From Octopus vulgaris (Eukaryota), in contig OX597821.1 in assembly GCA_951406725.2 (NCBI GenBank), positions 77,314,001-77,378,000 on the forward strand: a stretch of DNA of 64,000 nt, written 5' to 3'. The position numbers and the translations under genes were made by a program. Below, piece after piece: positions 27,060-41,897 of this stretch (position 1 is its first letter; the number at the start of each line of letters is the position of its first letter). A model generated the notes under the pieces. That model saw only the letters and a program-made list of their open reading frames with translations, was not told the DNA's origin and did not search any database.

Positions 27060-28520
27060 GGGCTGCGGTCATCCTGGTGCACCACCTGTTGTTACCTGTT
27101 GTTGTTTCCGGTATTGTCTTTTGTGAAGTAGCGAGTTGGACAGAACTGATCTTCTCTGCGTCTCCTGCTGCAATATGGGTTCATCTGGTATCTCAGATAG
27201 AAACCTGTCCAGACGTTCCTTGAAAAACTTCCACAATCAACACCTTCTAGATCTCTAAGGTTTTTGTGTGTATTGGCTCTCTTCTCTGGGACATATTTAA
27301 TGGCTTGCATTATTGACATGAATTTATTGAGTGTCATATCTCTTGCATAGAGAGGATTTTACGTCAGTCCTGCTGGAGTATCTGTTTTTCAAGTGACTTC
27401 CAGTCAGACTTATAGAAATTTAGGCTGCACAGAGTTTGAGTGCCATCTGTGCGGAGTTTATCTTTAGTTAATTCCGGGCCATACATTGTCTGTTCTATCA
27501 TGTTATGGTGACATATTTACGTTGTGGATAATTTCCACATTATTTCTAAAACATAGGTCCAAGATATCTTTGTGTCTGGCTGGAGAGAGTATGATCTGCT
27601 CCATGAATAGCATTTTCCTAAGATCAAGTAAAGATTCTGCTTGATTTCGCTCTTTGTGCTTCCTTCCTGGGGTTATGTTGCCCTCAGGTCACCTGATGTT
27701 GGGGAAGCTGAAGGAACCCATCAGGAATAAAGTAGTACGTTGATCCAGTTGTGTTAGTGCTTCCTTTATTGCACTGAGGCTTTCCTCAAATTTCCCATCA
27801 TGATTTGAGGCATCAGGTGGGCGATATAGTGTGCATATCACCATATCAAGTTGCATTAGATGTAATGTACGATGCGTGTGTCACACACCGAGTTCGAGTC
27901 CGATAACAGGGTTAATGGTGTCACATCCTCACGGATGTACATTGCAGCTCCACCGTGACTTAATTTTCTTTTATCTGTACGGAAGACAGCATCCCTTGGT
28001 ATGTGTATCTCTGCATCGTTTATGTCTGCAGACAGGTGTGTTTCTGTAAGTGCAATGCATGTAGCTTGATTACATGCAGAAAAATTCTTCAGGTGCACAA
28101 TTTCGCATTTGCTGTCGTTCAGTAGCAGTCCCCTTTTATTTATGAGTAGAAATGGCGTTGGTGTTGGTATGATGGGTGGCTTGGTGGCAGTGGTGGCCAA
28201 CCGGGGTCCAATCAGATGTGGCGGTCTTGTGTGCGAGGGTACATAGCTCAGTTTTGTCTGTATCCATGAGAACCGTTGCACTATTTCCTGTGCCACATTT
28301 TTTAAATGTTGCTGCTCAACGACTGCAGTTTGTACTGCATCTGCATATGACTTCTGTCTGGCCTTCCTTTCTGCAGGTTTGTGCTGGGCTATAGATTTTC
28401 CCAAGTGTAGTTGTTTCTTTCGTCGGGTAAGTGATGGATTCTGCTCCTGCGCTGGGTGCGCAAAGCGACAGTTTGCCCCACTCTCTCCATGCTAGCAGAC
28501 AGACCATTTTCTCTGAGAGG
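27060..28520 (-). mobile_element. Decayed CR1/L2-group LINE: ORF1 end plus APE endonuclease
   Basis: LINKRGL, ALTETHL, FRTD...GGAAMYI, YRPPD, MGSFSFP and ILDLCF motifs in APE order; frameshifts and stops. Confidence 0.8.
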
Positions 28521-28561
28521 ATCTGATTTGGGTTTTTATTTTTAAACCATATATAGAACTA

Positions 28562-28635
<74 letters not shown>

Positions 28636-28909
28636 GCTAGCTAGCTAGCTACCTACCTACCTACCTACCTACCTACCTACCTACCTACCTACCTACCTAC
28701 CTACCTACCTATCTAGCTAGCTAGCTATCTATCTATCTATCTATCTATATGTGTGCCTATCTGCTTATATATGTATATACAGAGAGAGAGAGAGAGAGAG
28801 AGGGTGAGTGAGAATGAGACACAGAGAAAGAGAGAGAAATAATTAAGATTCAGTTGAATTAGGTATTATTTATAATAATAATGTACGTACTATTAGTCAT
28901 TATTCACCT

Positions 28910-28946
<37 letters not shown>

Positions 28947-28995
28947 CATATATATATGTATGTATGTATATGTATATATATATAAATATATATAC

Positions 28996-29032
<37 letters not shown>

Positions 29033-29038
29033 CATATA

Positions 29039-29074
<36 letters not shown>

Positions 29075-29699
29075 TGTATATATGTATGTATATATATATA
29101 TATATATATTTTCGCGACGGGCTTTCACGCAGTTTACAGGACATTGGTAGACTCGGAGCGGGGCTAATGGTAAAAGGCCCTTGCCGAGTGTGCCCCGCAA
29201 TGGGACTGAACCTGAGACCATGACCACGTGATTACAAAGTGACCTTCTTAACCACACTGTCATACTTTGCTGTTATTCAAATCATATCAATTGCACACAA
29301 CATAGATGTTTCTAATTTCATTCAAAGCAATAAGTGGCAGAAAATTGCCCAATTGATATATTGGTAAAAAAATGATCTTCTGCTGTATGGTAAATTTTTA
29401 GCATGCGGTCTCATAGGATCTCGTTTAAATGAAATGCAATCCTGCAGTGCAATAAGATCGTGATCCCTTGTGTAGACAGTGCCCACATTTCCCGTTATGC
29501 TATATCCAGCATTGATGAAAAATAAGCAAGTTTTTTTTTATCGTATGCAGCATGTGATCCTGCGGTAGAGGTGCAATTTGATGAATATTTCACTGTTATT
29601 TCTAGGATGTTAAGCAAGCAACCACGCGGGGTCTTTTACATAATCTCGTTCCTAAACGATTAAGTAAATGTGAATTTTAAATAAAGTTTCCTGTTTTTT

Positions 29700-30170
29700 T
29701 TTCTACCATTTATTTCTTTGAGTCGGTTATCAAAAGTAACAGCAGCTATTCTTCAAAATAAAGGCCATCGTTTTCCATCACCTTCTGCAAACGATTTGCA
29801 AGCTTTCGGATTTGGTCAAAGCACAAATCCTTTGGCTTTGAATCGAAAAATTCTTGACAGACTTCTTCGACTTCATCGAATGACTCAAATCGGCGGCCTT
29901 TCATAAAGGCATTGATGGGAAGAAACCGTAGTCAAATGGAGCAAGGTCTGGACTATAGGTTGAATGCGGCAGAACTTCCACACCGTCCAATTCTTCAACT
30001 GTGTTGCTGGTCTTTCTGGCAGGATGCAGCTTTGCATTGTCGCGTTGAAACAAAGCGCGTTTTTGACGAACGAGTCTTGGGTTCTTCTCAACCAGCGCAT
30101 CGCAGACTCGATCACGTTGCTCGCAGCAAAGTTCAGCGTTGATGGCGCGACCATTCGGTACACATTCGGC
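29700..30170 (-). mobile_element. Mariner transposase C-terminal fragment
   Basis: Minus strand of ~29925-29965 encodes PTYSPDLAPFDY (YSPDLAP motif). Confidence 0.8.
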
Positions 30171-30706
30171 GCACGAACTTTTTCCTCAGCCTAACATATG
30201 TAGAAGTTTCATGTTCATACGGTCATGTATGTCTTCGGACCGATCGTAATAACAACAATGTAAAAAGCAAACAGCCTCAAATGTACACACATACGCACAT
30301 ACACACACACAAACAATTATCTATTCCATAGGTATTTGTTTTTCGTTATCAATGTCATTTTGTATAAGGATGAGTGGATAGCTTTTGTTAGAGTATAAAA
30401 AAAAATTTTAGAGTTTCGGATCGTTTTTGGTATTTACTACATCAACAACGGCACCAATTTTTCTGACTAGACAGTGTGGCATGTTATGTTTTATGTGTGC
30501 TGGATGTCATGATTTGAAGCTTAGACACTAACGTGCACCTCTGGTTACATATTCCTTGTGATTTGAGTGTTATTCCTAATTACTCTTACATCGAGAACTG
30601 CTAATTTTGTGGTGTTCGTCTCATTTGTAAATTTCAGGATTTGACGTAAACTGCTAAAAAAATGCTGAATTATTCAAAAGTATATATATATATATATATA
30701 TATATA

Positions 30707-30925
30707 GTTAATCCAAACAAGAAAACACAAAAAGGCAATAAAAAAAACACGACAACGCGAGGACGTGGAACAAATAAAGTATTATTGGACGCTCAGGAAA
30801 GAAGGGAAGAAGGAGGGTTTAACGTTTCGAGCGGAGCTCTTCGTCGGAAACATAGGAGAAGGAAAGATCCCGAGAAGGGAAGACAGAGGAAAAAAATCGC
30901 CAGTGGTACTCACGAGGTCACATAT
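30707..30925 (-). mobile_element. Penelope-like terminal remnant with a minimal hammerhead (U4C) at 30817-30851
   Basis: Minus strand gttt-CCGACGA-aGAGC-tcc-GCTC-GAAAC-GTT-aaac; family also at 5781-5860, 42123-42316 and 49600-49765. Confidence 0.7.
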
Positions 30926-31265
30926 TGAAAGACCGGAAGTAGAAAGGTGGAAGAATAATGTTTTTTAAAGACAGGAGAGTTTTCAAAGACAGTATGGTAA
31001 AGAAAGTGAGAGTGGGAATGTGTGTGGATGTGTGCGTGCGCGTAGGTCTGCGTGTGCGCGTGTGTGTGTATGTGTGCAATGATGACACGTGTGTGTGTGT
31101 GTTTGTGTGCGTGTGTGTGTATGTGTGTATGGCGAACAACTGGCTAATAGTTGGCCAGTATGTAAGAATAAGGAGTGGTGTTTTTTGTGTCCAGCCACAG
31201 GTCAAAAACAAAGAGGTATGTGTGTGTGCGTGTATGTATATGTATAGTGTGTGTGTTTTGTTTGT

Positions 31266-31362
<97 letters not shown>

Positions 31363-32378
31363 GATCAAATTGATAATAGAAGGGTAAAATTTATTAATTG
31401 AATTAATTAATTAATTAATCAATTAATTAACAATTTTACCAAGTAGATCGGTACGTTAAAATAACCTTTATAGGTAAAATTATCGACATAATTATAATTA
31501 GGGTTCAGCTAACTGCTTCACCACATACCGAAATTAGAAATAGGAGTTAAAAATTCCTTTTCTCCTACTATAAAAATCTCCATGACGGTAAATATATTTT
31601 TTAATACTTTTTTTACGAAAGCAAAGAGAAAAACAATGAACCAACACGACCAGGATTAATCGCGCGCGCGTGTGTGTGTGCGCGTGTCTTTGTATCTGTG
31701 TTCATCCCCCACGGCTGCTTAACGGTTCGGCAAAAGAGATCGATAGAATAAGTATCAAGTTTTGAAAACAATAAGTACCAAGACCGGTTCGATCGACTAA
31801 AAATTCTTAAAGGCAGTGCTCCAGCATGGCCTACTGACTGAAACAAATAAAAGATATATATAAAGGGAACATCAGTCGTATGAGGAAGTAAGCAGTTACC
31901 TAATTTGTTCATATGTGACTCTTAAGAAATAAATATTACCATTTTATTAACCAATTCTTGAAGGGATGTAAGAGAAAGTCAATTCGACCCGGGCGGGATT
32001 TGAACTAAATATATTCTAGATGGGGGCGCAGCTCTCTACTATCTGCGCCAAATCACCCACACCGGGAGATAATTAGTGGAAGGTGATCTACGTCAGAGTA
32101 ACACTAGGCTCCAATGTTGATAAAATCCTTCTTAGGAGGTCCTTGAGAAAAATGTGTTGGAGCCACTAAACAACAGAGGATCGTTTAATAATTATTGCTT
32201 CCGCCAACGCCATCATCACCACCACCACCATCATCATCGTCATCATCCTCCTCATCATCATCATCATCGGTAGTATTCTTTTTATTATTAAATGATTATA
32301 GATAAGATGTCACTTTCCGTCTTATTACATTCGCGATGTGTATGTGTGTGCCCGTGTATATATATATACACACATAGA

Positions 32379-32505
<127 letters not shown>

Positions 32506-32657
32506 TCAATAATGAGGGTGAATAAAATTACAGATATTAATTCAATAATACCCTTATTGTAGTGCTATTTCTATGTGGAATTATCGTAGGCGACTATACC
32601 GGTGGAGCTATTTCTAGCCCTAGAGTTAACATATTCAAAGTTGGCTCTCTTATATTT

Positions 32658-32702
<45 letters not shown>

Positions 32703-32944
32703 ATGCACACACACACACACACACACGTGTTCTGACTTGTGCCCGTGTTACTATGTATGAACTTGTACAGTCGTACATGAGTTGATTGTACTCGGTGGAC
32801 ATATATATGCATTCGAGCATGCGAGGGTATGGCGCACAACTTTGTATATGTGGTTGTATGGATGGATGGATGGATGGATGGATGGATGGATGGATGGGTG
32901 GGTGGGTGGGTAGATGTGTGGATGAATGGATGATGAGGATGATT

Positions 32945-33250
32945 GTACGTGGCTCACAATCGTCAGGTCCTGAGTTCATTTCCTGGCGGCGCGTTGTGTC
33001 TCTTGGTCAAGACACTCACTTTATTTCACGTTGTTCCTGTTCACCCAGCTAGCAAAAGAGGAGTGGTACCTGTATTTCAAAGAGGCCACCCTTGTTACAT
33101 TCTGTTTCACACTGGATCTGCCTGAGAACTACGTTAAGCGTAAACGTGTCTGTGGAGTGCTCAGCCACTAGCACCTTAATTTCACGTGCAGGCTGTTCCA
33201 TCAATAGGAGCAACTGGAACCCTCGTCGTCGATAGCGACGAAGTGCCATC
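32945..33250 (+). mobile_element. SINE family C-type copy
   Basis: GTGGAGTGCTCAGCCACT...TAATTTCACG block. Confidence 0.75.
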
Positions 33251-33289
33251 TCAGCTCATGTACGTATAACTCATGCGAAAGTCAAAATA

Positions 33290-33600
33290 CTCCAGCAGGA
33301 TCAGCCGGCAGCCACTGTCAGTGCATCAGTGCACCACAGGTTTCTCAACTGAAGGTTCCAATCGATTGCGGAGCGCCAGTTCATCGGGGACTTCCTCTGC
33401 GCCTTTGGCCTTGAGGGTTCCACTTAAGGACTTGATCGACAAGTCTTACTACATGTCCCAACCAACTTGTTGATGAGGATGCTTAATAGGCGTTGGCTTA
33501 ATCTCCCTCTGGCCTCTTCGTTCCTCATAAAGTCATTTCATACGATGCATAGTATTTTTTAGAGCTATCTGCTGTCAAAAGCGTCCAGTTTCTTTTATTA
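33290..33600 (-). mobile_element. RTE-clade LINE 3' fragment
   Basis: Minus-strand peptides KKLDAFDSR, WLGHVVRL and LKWNPQGQRRRGSPR. Confidence 0.7.
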
Positions 33601-34082
33601 GCTGCTTTTCAGTCTATTCAACCGAAAATTATTACCAGTCGAATGCTGGGGGGGGGGGCAGCTATCTCCCCCCCGCCCCACCCCACCTGTCATGAATAGA
33701 AATTGTGGCGGTTTTTTGTTCTTATGACAGGTTTGGAATATGACTGTCAGTGAATGTAATGTATATTTAGAAGATTGCACTCTTATAGATAAAGTAACCT
33801 TCACGAAAATACTACAAGCCAAAACCAAATACCAAGTTGCGCCCCCACACATACACATACAAACACACACGCACACACAAAATGACAATGTGTAACGATA
33901 TGTGTGTGGGGGCGCGTGTGGCTGTATGTATACATACATACATATATATATATATACATACCTACACATACATGCATACATATATCTATGCATGTACGTG
34001 TGTGTATTCATCTATATATGTATATATACATACACACACACGCACGCAAGTATATGTATATATATATATACATATAAATGTA

Positions 34083-34129
<47 letters not shown>

Positions 34130-34621
34130 TAAAACCTGCCTCCCTTTTTCCTCTCTCTTGCTCTCTTTCTCCTCTACCTGCTGCTGTCACGTGACCCGCG
34201 GCCAGCTTCCCTTTCTTTTCCTTTCTTACACTGGTCCCGAGCTGACCAATCGAAAATTCTCTGTCTCTCCGTCTTTTAGGATATTTTCTAAGCATTACCC
34301 ACTCTTCTCGTCTTCTTGGCCCTAAGACCATATTTTGCTCGACTGTTCGTCCTTGTCCACTGCCCTAAATCACTCACTGTCAATTTGCTTTGTTTTGTTT
34401 GCTCTCGACCCTGAATTCTCCAGAAAAAGAATTTTTTTTGGTGGCGCCGCCAATCGCAAAGCTCTCAGTCATATCCTTAAAGATGCGAAACTGAGTATTA
34501 CCACTTGGTTGATAACTGATGAAGAATTAGGGGCCTTCTTTGTTTGTCTCCCGTCCGGTTTTACTTTCAGTATACGTTACGTCGTATACATTTTACTATA
34601 CATTTTCACAGACAGACAGAC

Positions 34622-34769
<148 letters not shown>

Positions 34770-36270
34770 GCGTTTATGTATGTTCTCGTTAATCCTCTAG
34801 AAAGCCAAAATGTAATCGACGCTGAAGGACTGCTCTTATGTAAAGAAAGCTGTTGCCCCTATATACAAGCATCCGAGTGTGCAGCCCCATTTTTGACTCA
34901 TCGGCAAAGATTTGAGCCCCAACGCAGAGTAAACTCTCTAACGCACGTCTTTAATCTGCTCACGATAACGTTGTTTTTATTAATGATCTAATATCTATGT
35001 AATATCTTTGATCTCACAGAGGAGGTAGTGGTAACATCACTTCGACATACTCATGCTCTCCGGGGAGGACAGATTCGATATTTCCCACCAGGTAAAGAAA
35101 TTAAAATATCAGGACTTAGTCGAGGTCCTTCTCAAGGACAAGCATATGGCTTCATTCCTCCATTAAAGTCAGCTGCTGTGGCTTTCCATCTAGATCATTG
35201 TAGTATTTCCTGAAGAAGATTGGTCTGGAACCAAGACAACTTAAGAAAGCCATCACGGAAATAGGCGTGGCAGTTGAAACTTGCTCAAGATGGCTATGGT
35301 TGATAAGTGATCACAACTGGAACCCTTCCTGGCTGCCACTCTCAGGCGAAGTGTACAGGCTAAGGGGTGAGTCATTTGTTACCCTGAAGTACCTGCTGAC
35401 TATACTGAAGGGTTTCCATCATTGCAATGGGTTTAGAAGAGATTGCAAAACCTGAGTGGTTCCTGCAGTTTCTGTATGAGACAAAGCATCTCTGATATTT
35501 ATTTCACTTATAAAATGTTTAAATCCTGCCAACATCGGGAAGAACATTTAAACTTTATGGCGGATTGCACCATATAATATTTCGCTTCTTATTTTTGTGT
35601 TTTTTAGTATTAGTAATTAATACATTCTATCTTTGAAGTCTTTTCCATGAAATACGTCATAATAATAATAAGCAGCATGATTAAAGGTTTCCTTGTTGAA
35701 GTATGAGCTGAATATGCGCCCACAAATACTTTTAACTGAGCTTCTTAACATTTTGCGGGCAGGGTTGGAATTTATGTTAATGTTTCTGATATTAATATTA
35801 CTATGCATGCTTGGAAGCCGTTGCTCTTTTACGATAATTCTCGAAATTTCTCATCAAGTTACTACAGGGACTGTATTTGCCAGTAAAGATATCCTAGCAC
35901 GTGCACCATCAGAATCAGTAACTGGAATAAAATTTTAAAGGTTTTTTTCAAGGAGAGGTTTTGTTAAAAGCTGCTAGAATTTTATTATATCGTGATGCAT
36001 AGATTTACAAAGATGCTTATGTACATCTCAAGGCTCTCAGAGCAATATATCCCCACCGCTTCGTCCAAATATATCTGGAATTTAAACGCTGACAGTCTTA
36101 GCAATTTTAAAAAATACTTCCACAACAATTACAAGTGAACTTTGTCCGCCAGGGAATTATAATGTGTTCTTTTATAATTTTGAACAAAAGACCGGAATTG
36201 CTAACATTTTATTGACACATTTATCGATATGCTAAGGAATTTCCAGGTACCAACCTTTTTTATGAACACT

Positions 36271-36558
36271 TTGTGTGGTAAGTAGCTTGCTTACCAGCCA
36301 CATGGTTCTGAGTTCAGTCCCACTGCGTGGCATCTTGGGCAAGTGTCTTCTACAATAGCCTCGGTCCGACCAAAGCCTTGAGAGTGGATTTGGTAGATGG
36401 AAACTGAAAGAAGCCCGTCGTATATATGTATATATATGTGTGTGTTTGTGTGCCAGTGTTTGTCTCCCCAACATCGCTTGAAAACCGATGCTGGTGTGAT
36501 TACGTCCCCGTAACTTAGCGGTTCGGCAAAAGAGACTGATAGAATAAGTACTAGGCTT
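36271..36558 (+). mobile_element. SINE family A lacking its tail
   Basis: Match to family A head and body. Confidence 0.85.
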
Positions 36559-36804
36559 ATGCTTTCTGTATATATTAGACGCATAAAGAGTTTCGTGTAA
36601 TGCATTCTTCATAATTATCGTAGAAGTGTCACTGACGTAAATTTACAGCCGAATAAACACACACACACACACACACATACACATGCATAAACCATGTATA
36701 TATACATAAGTATATGTGTACATACACACACACACACATTACACACATATACATATATATACAAGCATATATTTATAAAGGAATATGCGCACATATATAT
36801 GAAC

Positions 36805-36847
<43 letters not shown>

Positions 36848-36942
36848 GATCGTCACACATAATTGCATATAATGGCTATGTTGGTGTAGAATTATTTTTT
36901 GACATCGTTTATTAGCGTTGCTACTTCTATTGATGATGATGG

Positions 36943-37031
<89 letters not shown>

Positions 37032-37458
37032 ATGGTAAGGAGGAGGAGGAGGAGGTCGACAACGACGACATAGAATTGTTGGTCGGGTGTGTGTCTGTCA
37101 TCTATGTTCATGGAGATGGGGCTGGTTGGTTGCTGAGCTGGGATTCGGTTTAGGTTAAGGAGCGAAGGTAGGGGGGGGGAGTTAAGGTGGTTGTGGTGGT
37201 GATAGTGGTAACGATACTGCTAATAGTGGTAGTGGTGTTGGTGTTGGTGGTAGTGGTGGGATGGAGAAGGATGAGCTATGGTGTCAGGAGCTAAATCGTT
37301 TTATTCTAATGTTTTCGACCTGGAAGATGTTTCGTTTGATGAAAATATAATACATTCGCCGCTCTTCTTTGCTATTATTGTCTTCCAAAAGCACCAATCG
37401 ACAACTGACAAGGATAGTGTTTATGGACAACAGCTGACAGCCACTCGGGGTACATTTT

Positions 37459-37604
<146 letters not shown>

Positions 37605-37780
37605 TCTTGTAGTGCTTTGTGTTTTTATTTTTGTTTTACCTACTTTCGCTGCTCCCCCGCTGTTTGATTGGATTCAAAAAGGCGACATTCAGCTTCATAT
37701 AAGAGCTTCATATACTTTCATACGCCAGTGTAAAATAATAGCCTTAGACTTTCTCTATTAACTATCAATTAATACAGCAT

Positions 37781-37840
<60 letters not shown>

Positions 37841-37926
37841 TTAATAATAATAATAATAATAACAACAACAACAACAACAGCAACAGCAACAACAACAACA
37901 GCAACAGCAACAACAACAGCAACAGT

Positions 37927-38013
<87 letters not shown>

Positions 38014-38034
38014 AATAATAATAATAATAATAAT

Positions 38035-38737
38035 GAACATGTAATGAAAAGAAATATAACCAGTAACTGCAGAATATGTGGAGATGGACAAGAAACAATA
38101 AATCATATTATCTCTGGCTGCCCAGTCCTGGCTAAGAAGGAATGTATTCACAGACACGACAGAGTTGGGACCTACATACACTGGAAGCTATGCCAACATT
38201 GTGGAATAACAACAGAAAAAAGATGGTATAGGCACACACCAGAAAAGGTCACAGACAACGAGAAAGCAACCATACTCTGGGATATGCCGATACACACAGA
38301 TAGAGAAATTAAGGCTAACAGACTAGATATAGTTGTCAGAGATCATGAAGAAAAAAAATGCTTTCTAATTGATGTATCAATACCAGCAGATGACAACATG
38401 TCTCTAAAAGAAATGGAGAAACTTTCAAAATACAAAGACCTGGAAATGGAGGTAACCAGAATGTGGAATCTAAAAACAGAAACAATTCCTATCATAGTAG
38501 GTGCATTAGGCATGATTAAAAAATATTCAGATAAATACATAACAAAAATACCAGGACTTACAAACATATATAACATACAGAAAATTGCACTGTTAGGCAC
38601 TGCACACATCCTACGCAGAACACTTTCAATACAGTAACCATCAAAGCATCACAACAAATCACAGCACATACCCAAGGCACACAGAGCTGCGCTCGGTAGT
38701 GAAGTGAAAGCACGTTATAAAAATAAAACTACTGAAT
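38035..38737 (+). mobile_element. 5'-truncated R4/Dong-like non-LTR retrotransposon (CCHC knuckle, restriction-like endonuclease, 3' UTR)
   Basis: ORF 38044-38637: CRICG...ETINHIISGC, RHD, LWD, NRLDIVV, IDVSIP, KLSKYKDL, IIVGALG; (TAA)n flanks. Confidence 0.92.
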
Positions 38738-38744
38738 GATAATG

Positions 38745-39075
38745 ATAAATGCTCTGATGCAGTACCAGACAGTGGTTCTCGTGGCTTCTGATCTTAACTG
38801 GTTGGAAGTGTTATTATGCACATTGTTTTGTCTTGGTATAAAAGATGGGTTACAGCAAATATTCTGCTCAATACCCTCAGATTTGCTTGTCAGTTGTTTG
38901 ACCGTAACCAGTTGCGTATGTCCCTTAGTGGCTGACGATATGTGCATCTCTGATCATGAGCAGTAGTGGGAAGCATCATAGCTATTTGTTGAGAGGGATT
39001 CTTTGGGGTTTGAATAATTCACCTCTGGAAACATGGGTGTTTCGTTCAACATCCTTAAACAACCCTTCTTCAGGG
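38745..39075 (-). mobile_element. Fragment of a (TAA)n-associated non-coding repeat family
   Basis: Near-identical to 47004-47255; shorter piece at 39205-39290. Confidence 0.7.
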
Positions 39076-39290
39076 AAAAGTCAAACATAGAATAATAATA
39101 ATAATCAGAATAATCTGGAAAGTATTAGGTAACTGAAAAGAACGGATAGCATGGTACCGCAGGCTGCAGATAGCAAACCTGATGCAGTATCAGGCAGTGG
39201 CTATGCCCTGATGCAGTACCAGGCAGTGGCTCTTGTGACTTCTGATCTTAACTGATTGGATGTGCTAACATGTACATTGTTTTGTCTTGG

Positions 39291-39690
39291 TAGTTGGAAA
39301 GCAAGCTTCTTGCCACACAGCCACTCCAGATACCCCATACAGACACTCCTGCGCCTCCACACAGCCACTTCTCTTCGTATACACAGTCACTCCTACGCCT
39401 CTACACAGCCACCCCTGCGGCCCCACACAGCCACTCTTTCGTCTCCACACGTCTACATCTGCGCCTCTACACAGCCATTCCTTCCCCTCTACACATTCAC
39501 TCCCGCGCCTCCACACAGCCACTTCTGACCCTCTACACAGCCATTCCTGCTTGCCCACACAACCATTCTACATAGCCACTTCTGCGGTTCCACACAGCAA
39601 TTCCTGCACCTCCACACAGCCACTTCTACACCCCCACACAGCCACTCTTACGCCTCCACACAGTTACTCCTGCGCCTCCACCAAACCACT
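39291..39690 (-). repeat. ~22-bp minisatellite derived from the SINE-A 5' end
   Basis: Repeated CCACACAGCCACTCCTGCGCCT variants are the reverse complement of the SINE-A head. Confidence 0.85.
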
Positions 39691-40649
39691 CTTCTCTGTT
39701 ACACAATTCTTAATCACATTTAATTATGAAATACAAGCCAACAGTCGGCTTCAGTCTTTATATCTCTCGGACGTAATTCTAGTGTTTCAGAAACGAGATC
39801 CATGTATCACAGCCCTAACCTGTGAACAAGCTTGTAAAACACTAGCTCTAGATATCTTCTTATTTCGTCCTCACTCTTAAAATCGAGGCACAGGCTTCAA
39901 TGCGCAATGGCATCATCTCTTTCAACCTTTCTTTCGCAGTTATTTGGAAGCGTTATTCCAATATTTTAAAAAAATAACGGAGTACAGCATTTCTTCCCGT
40001 TCTTTTCTAGATTAATTCGTTGAGCAAAGAGTCATTGTCTTTTGCGGCATAGTTCATCCATTCCTAGACTGGCTCACGTTGAGTCGTTCTTTTTAGCCAA
40101 CAACACTTATAAATGATTAAATGCTGCAGTAGGGATTTAATTGTTGTCTGTAATGCTTTCCTGTCTAAATTATGTTTTCAGTACAAATCCATTGTGTTTT
40201 TTATTACACTTCTTTCCTTTCGTTTAAAAATAATTTGAGAGGCATATCCGTTAACGTTATGAAAGCCTCTGACACCACCATTGTTGCAGGCACAGCTCCC
40301 AGCTACTTATGACGCGGCTATCTTGCAGCACGTGTAAATATTACTAATGGCTGTTTGCCAAAATATGTAAAGAGTTAAAAGTGTCTAAAAACAGACATTC
40401 TTTCCACACCATTACCTGGTGTAGATCCTCAAGCAATACGCAAACTTTCCAACAGTAAAAATGGGATTAAAATTGAAGACGTAAAGAACCAGAAGTAACT
40501 CAGACTTTTACCAATACCATGAAGAGTCGGAAAACATTTTGTTCGATGCTCTATCGTCAGATAAACTGACTTGCAACAAAATGCTTTATTATTAGACAAA
40601 GTGTCTTATTATTATTGTTGTTGTTGTTGTTGTTGTTACTGCTATTATT

Positions 40650-41362
40650 ATTATATGTTTGACTTTTGCTTTGTATTTGTACAAGTTGGCTCCAAGTCTC
40701 ATCCAGAGACCTCAAGAGACAACAGGTTAGAAGTTCATGTTGGTGTTATGCCTAGGGCGCCATATATTTGGTTTTGAACATAGTGTTGTTCTAGAGAATT
40801 TTTAAGAAACCATAAGAAAATTATGAGTTTGTTTTAAACTTTGAGATTTCACAGAAAGTATTTTGTGTAGGATATGGGCAGTTCCCATGAGCACTATTTT
40901 TTGAATTTCTTCTATTTTGGGGTTTCATGGTATCTGAGCTAGGTAGCAATCAGCCACTTTTGCTATCATTCCCAGGGCAGTTATGACAACAGGTATTCTT
41001 TTAGTCTTCAGGTTCCACATTTTGCTGATTTCTATTTCAAGATCTTTATACTTGCTCAGTATTTGGTAGATCTTGACAGATACGTTTATATCGATTGGGA
41101 CAGTCATATCAATGAGGAGGCATGTTCTTTGTCTGAAGTCTTTCAATATGATGTCTAGCCTATTTGCATCTATCTTTCTGTCAGTTTGAACGGTGAAGTT
41201 CCAGATGAATGAGATGTGATCATTTTCAAGCACTGGAGGTGGTTCGTGTTCCCACCAGTTTTTATCATGGGGCAAATCCAGGTTTTTGCAAATTACCCAG
41301 TGAATATATTGTGCAGCTCTATCATGCCTGTTGAGATACTCTGTAGGCGCAAGAAGACTGCA
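40650..41362 (-). mobile_element. Second R4/Dong-like RLE family, 3' fragment
   Basis: YLNRHDRAAQYIHW, WNF, NRLDIIL, IDMTVP, KYKDLEIE, ITALG; (TAA)-type tract at its 3' end. Confidence 0.9.
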
Positions 41363-41459
41363 CATACACATGAATATAATTTGTAGAACTTTATACATGC
41401 TGAATTTCGGTTGAGCGTACTGCATCTAGTTCTAGAAATTGTGTTTTGTAAACGACAGA

Positions 41460-41534
41460 CTATGCTGATGATCTTGCAGATGTTTGCGTATCCATATACG
41501 TAAATATCAGCAAGTGAAACTAATTAGTACATAG
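41460..41534 (+). ncRNA. Hammerhead ribozyme, type I, best-formed copy
   Basis: ctatg-CTGATGA-tCTTGC...GCAAGt-GAAAC-TAATTA-GTA-catag; 5-bp stem I, long stem II, palindromic ACTAATTAGT stem III; predicted cleavage after 41529. Confidence 0.82.
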
Positions 41535-41698
41535 GTAATCGTTTTTTATTTCGTATATTTTCATTTGTCTTGCTTATTTTTACATTTTGTTGTTTTTTTT
41601 GCTGGGTTTTTTTCTTGAGAACATACTCTTCGTTGAAAATGGCGATTTTGACGTCTATATCTAGCATATAGGCTGTCCATTTTTAGTGGCCAGTCCTC

Positions 41699-41741
<43 letters not shown>

Positions 41742-41832
41742 GAAGTTTTCCCTTACTTCTGGTTTTCAATTTATTTTTCCCTATAAGTATATATATATAC
41801 ATTATTTCGGTTGTAAATTACGAATTAGCCAC

Positions 41833-41897
<65 letters not shown>

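Noticed and set aside
35600-36200. Possible decayed DNA transposase on the minus strand
   Set aside because: No diagnostic motif could be read with confidence
39291-39690. CRISPR-like repeat array
   Set aside because: Eukaryotic context, no unique spacers, and the unit derives from a SINE head
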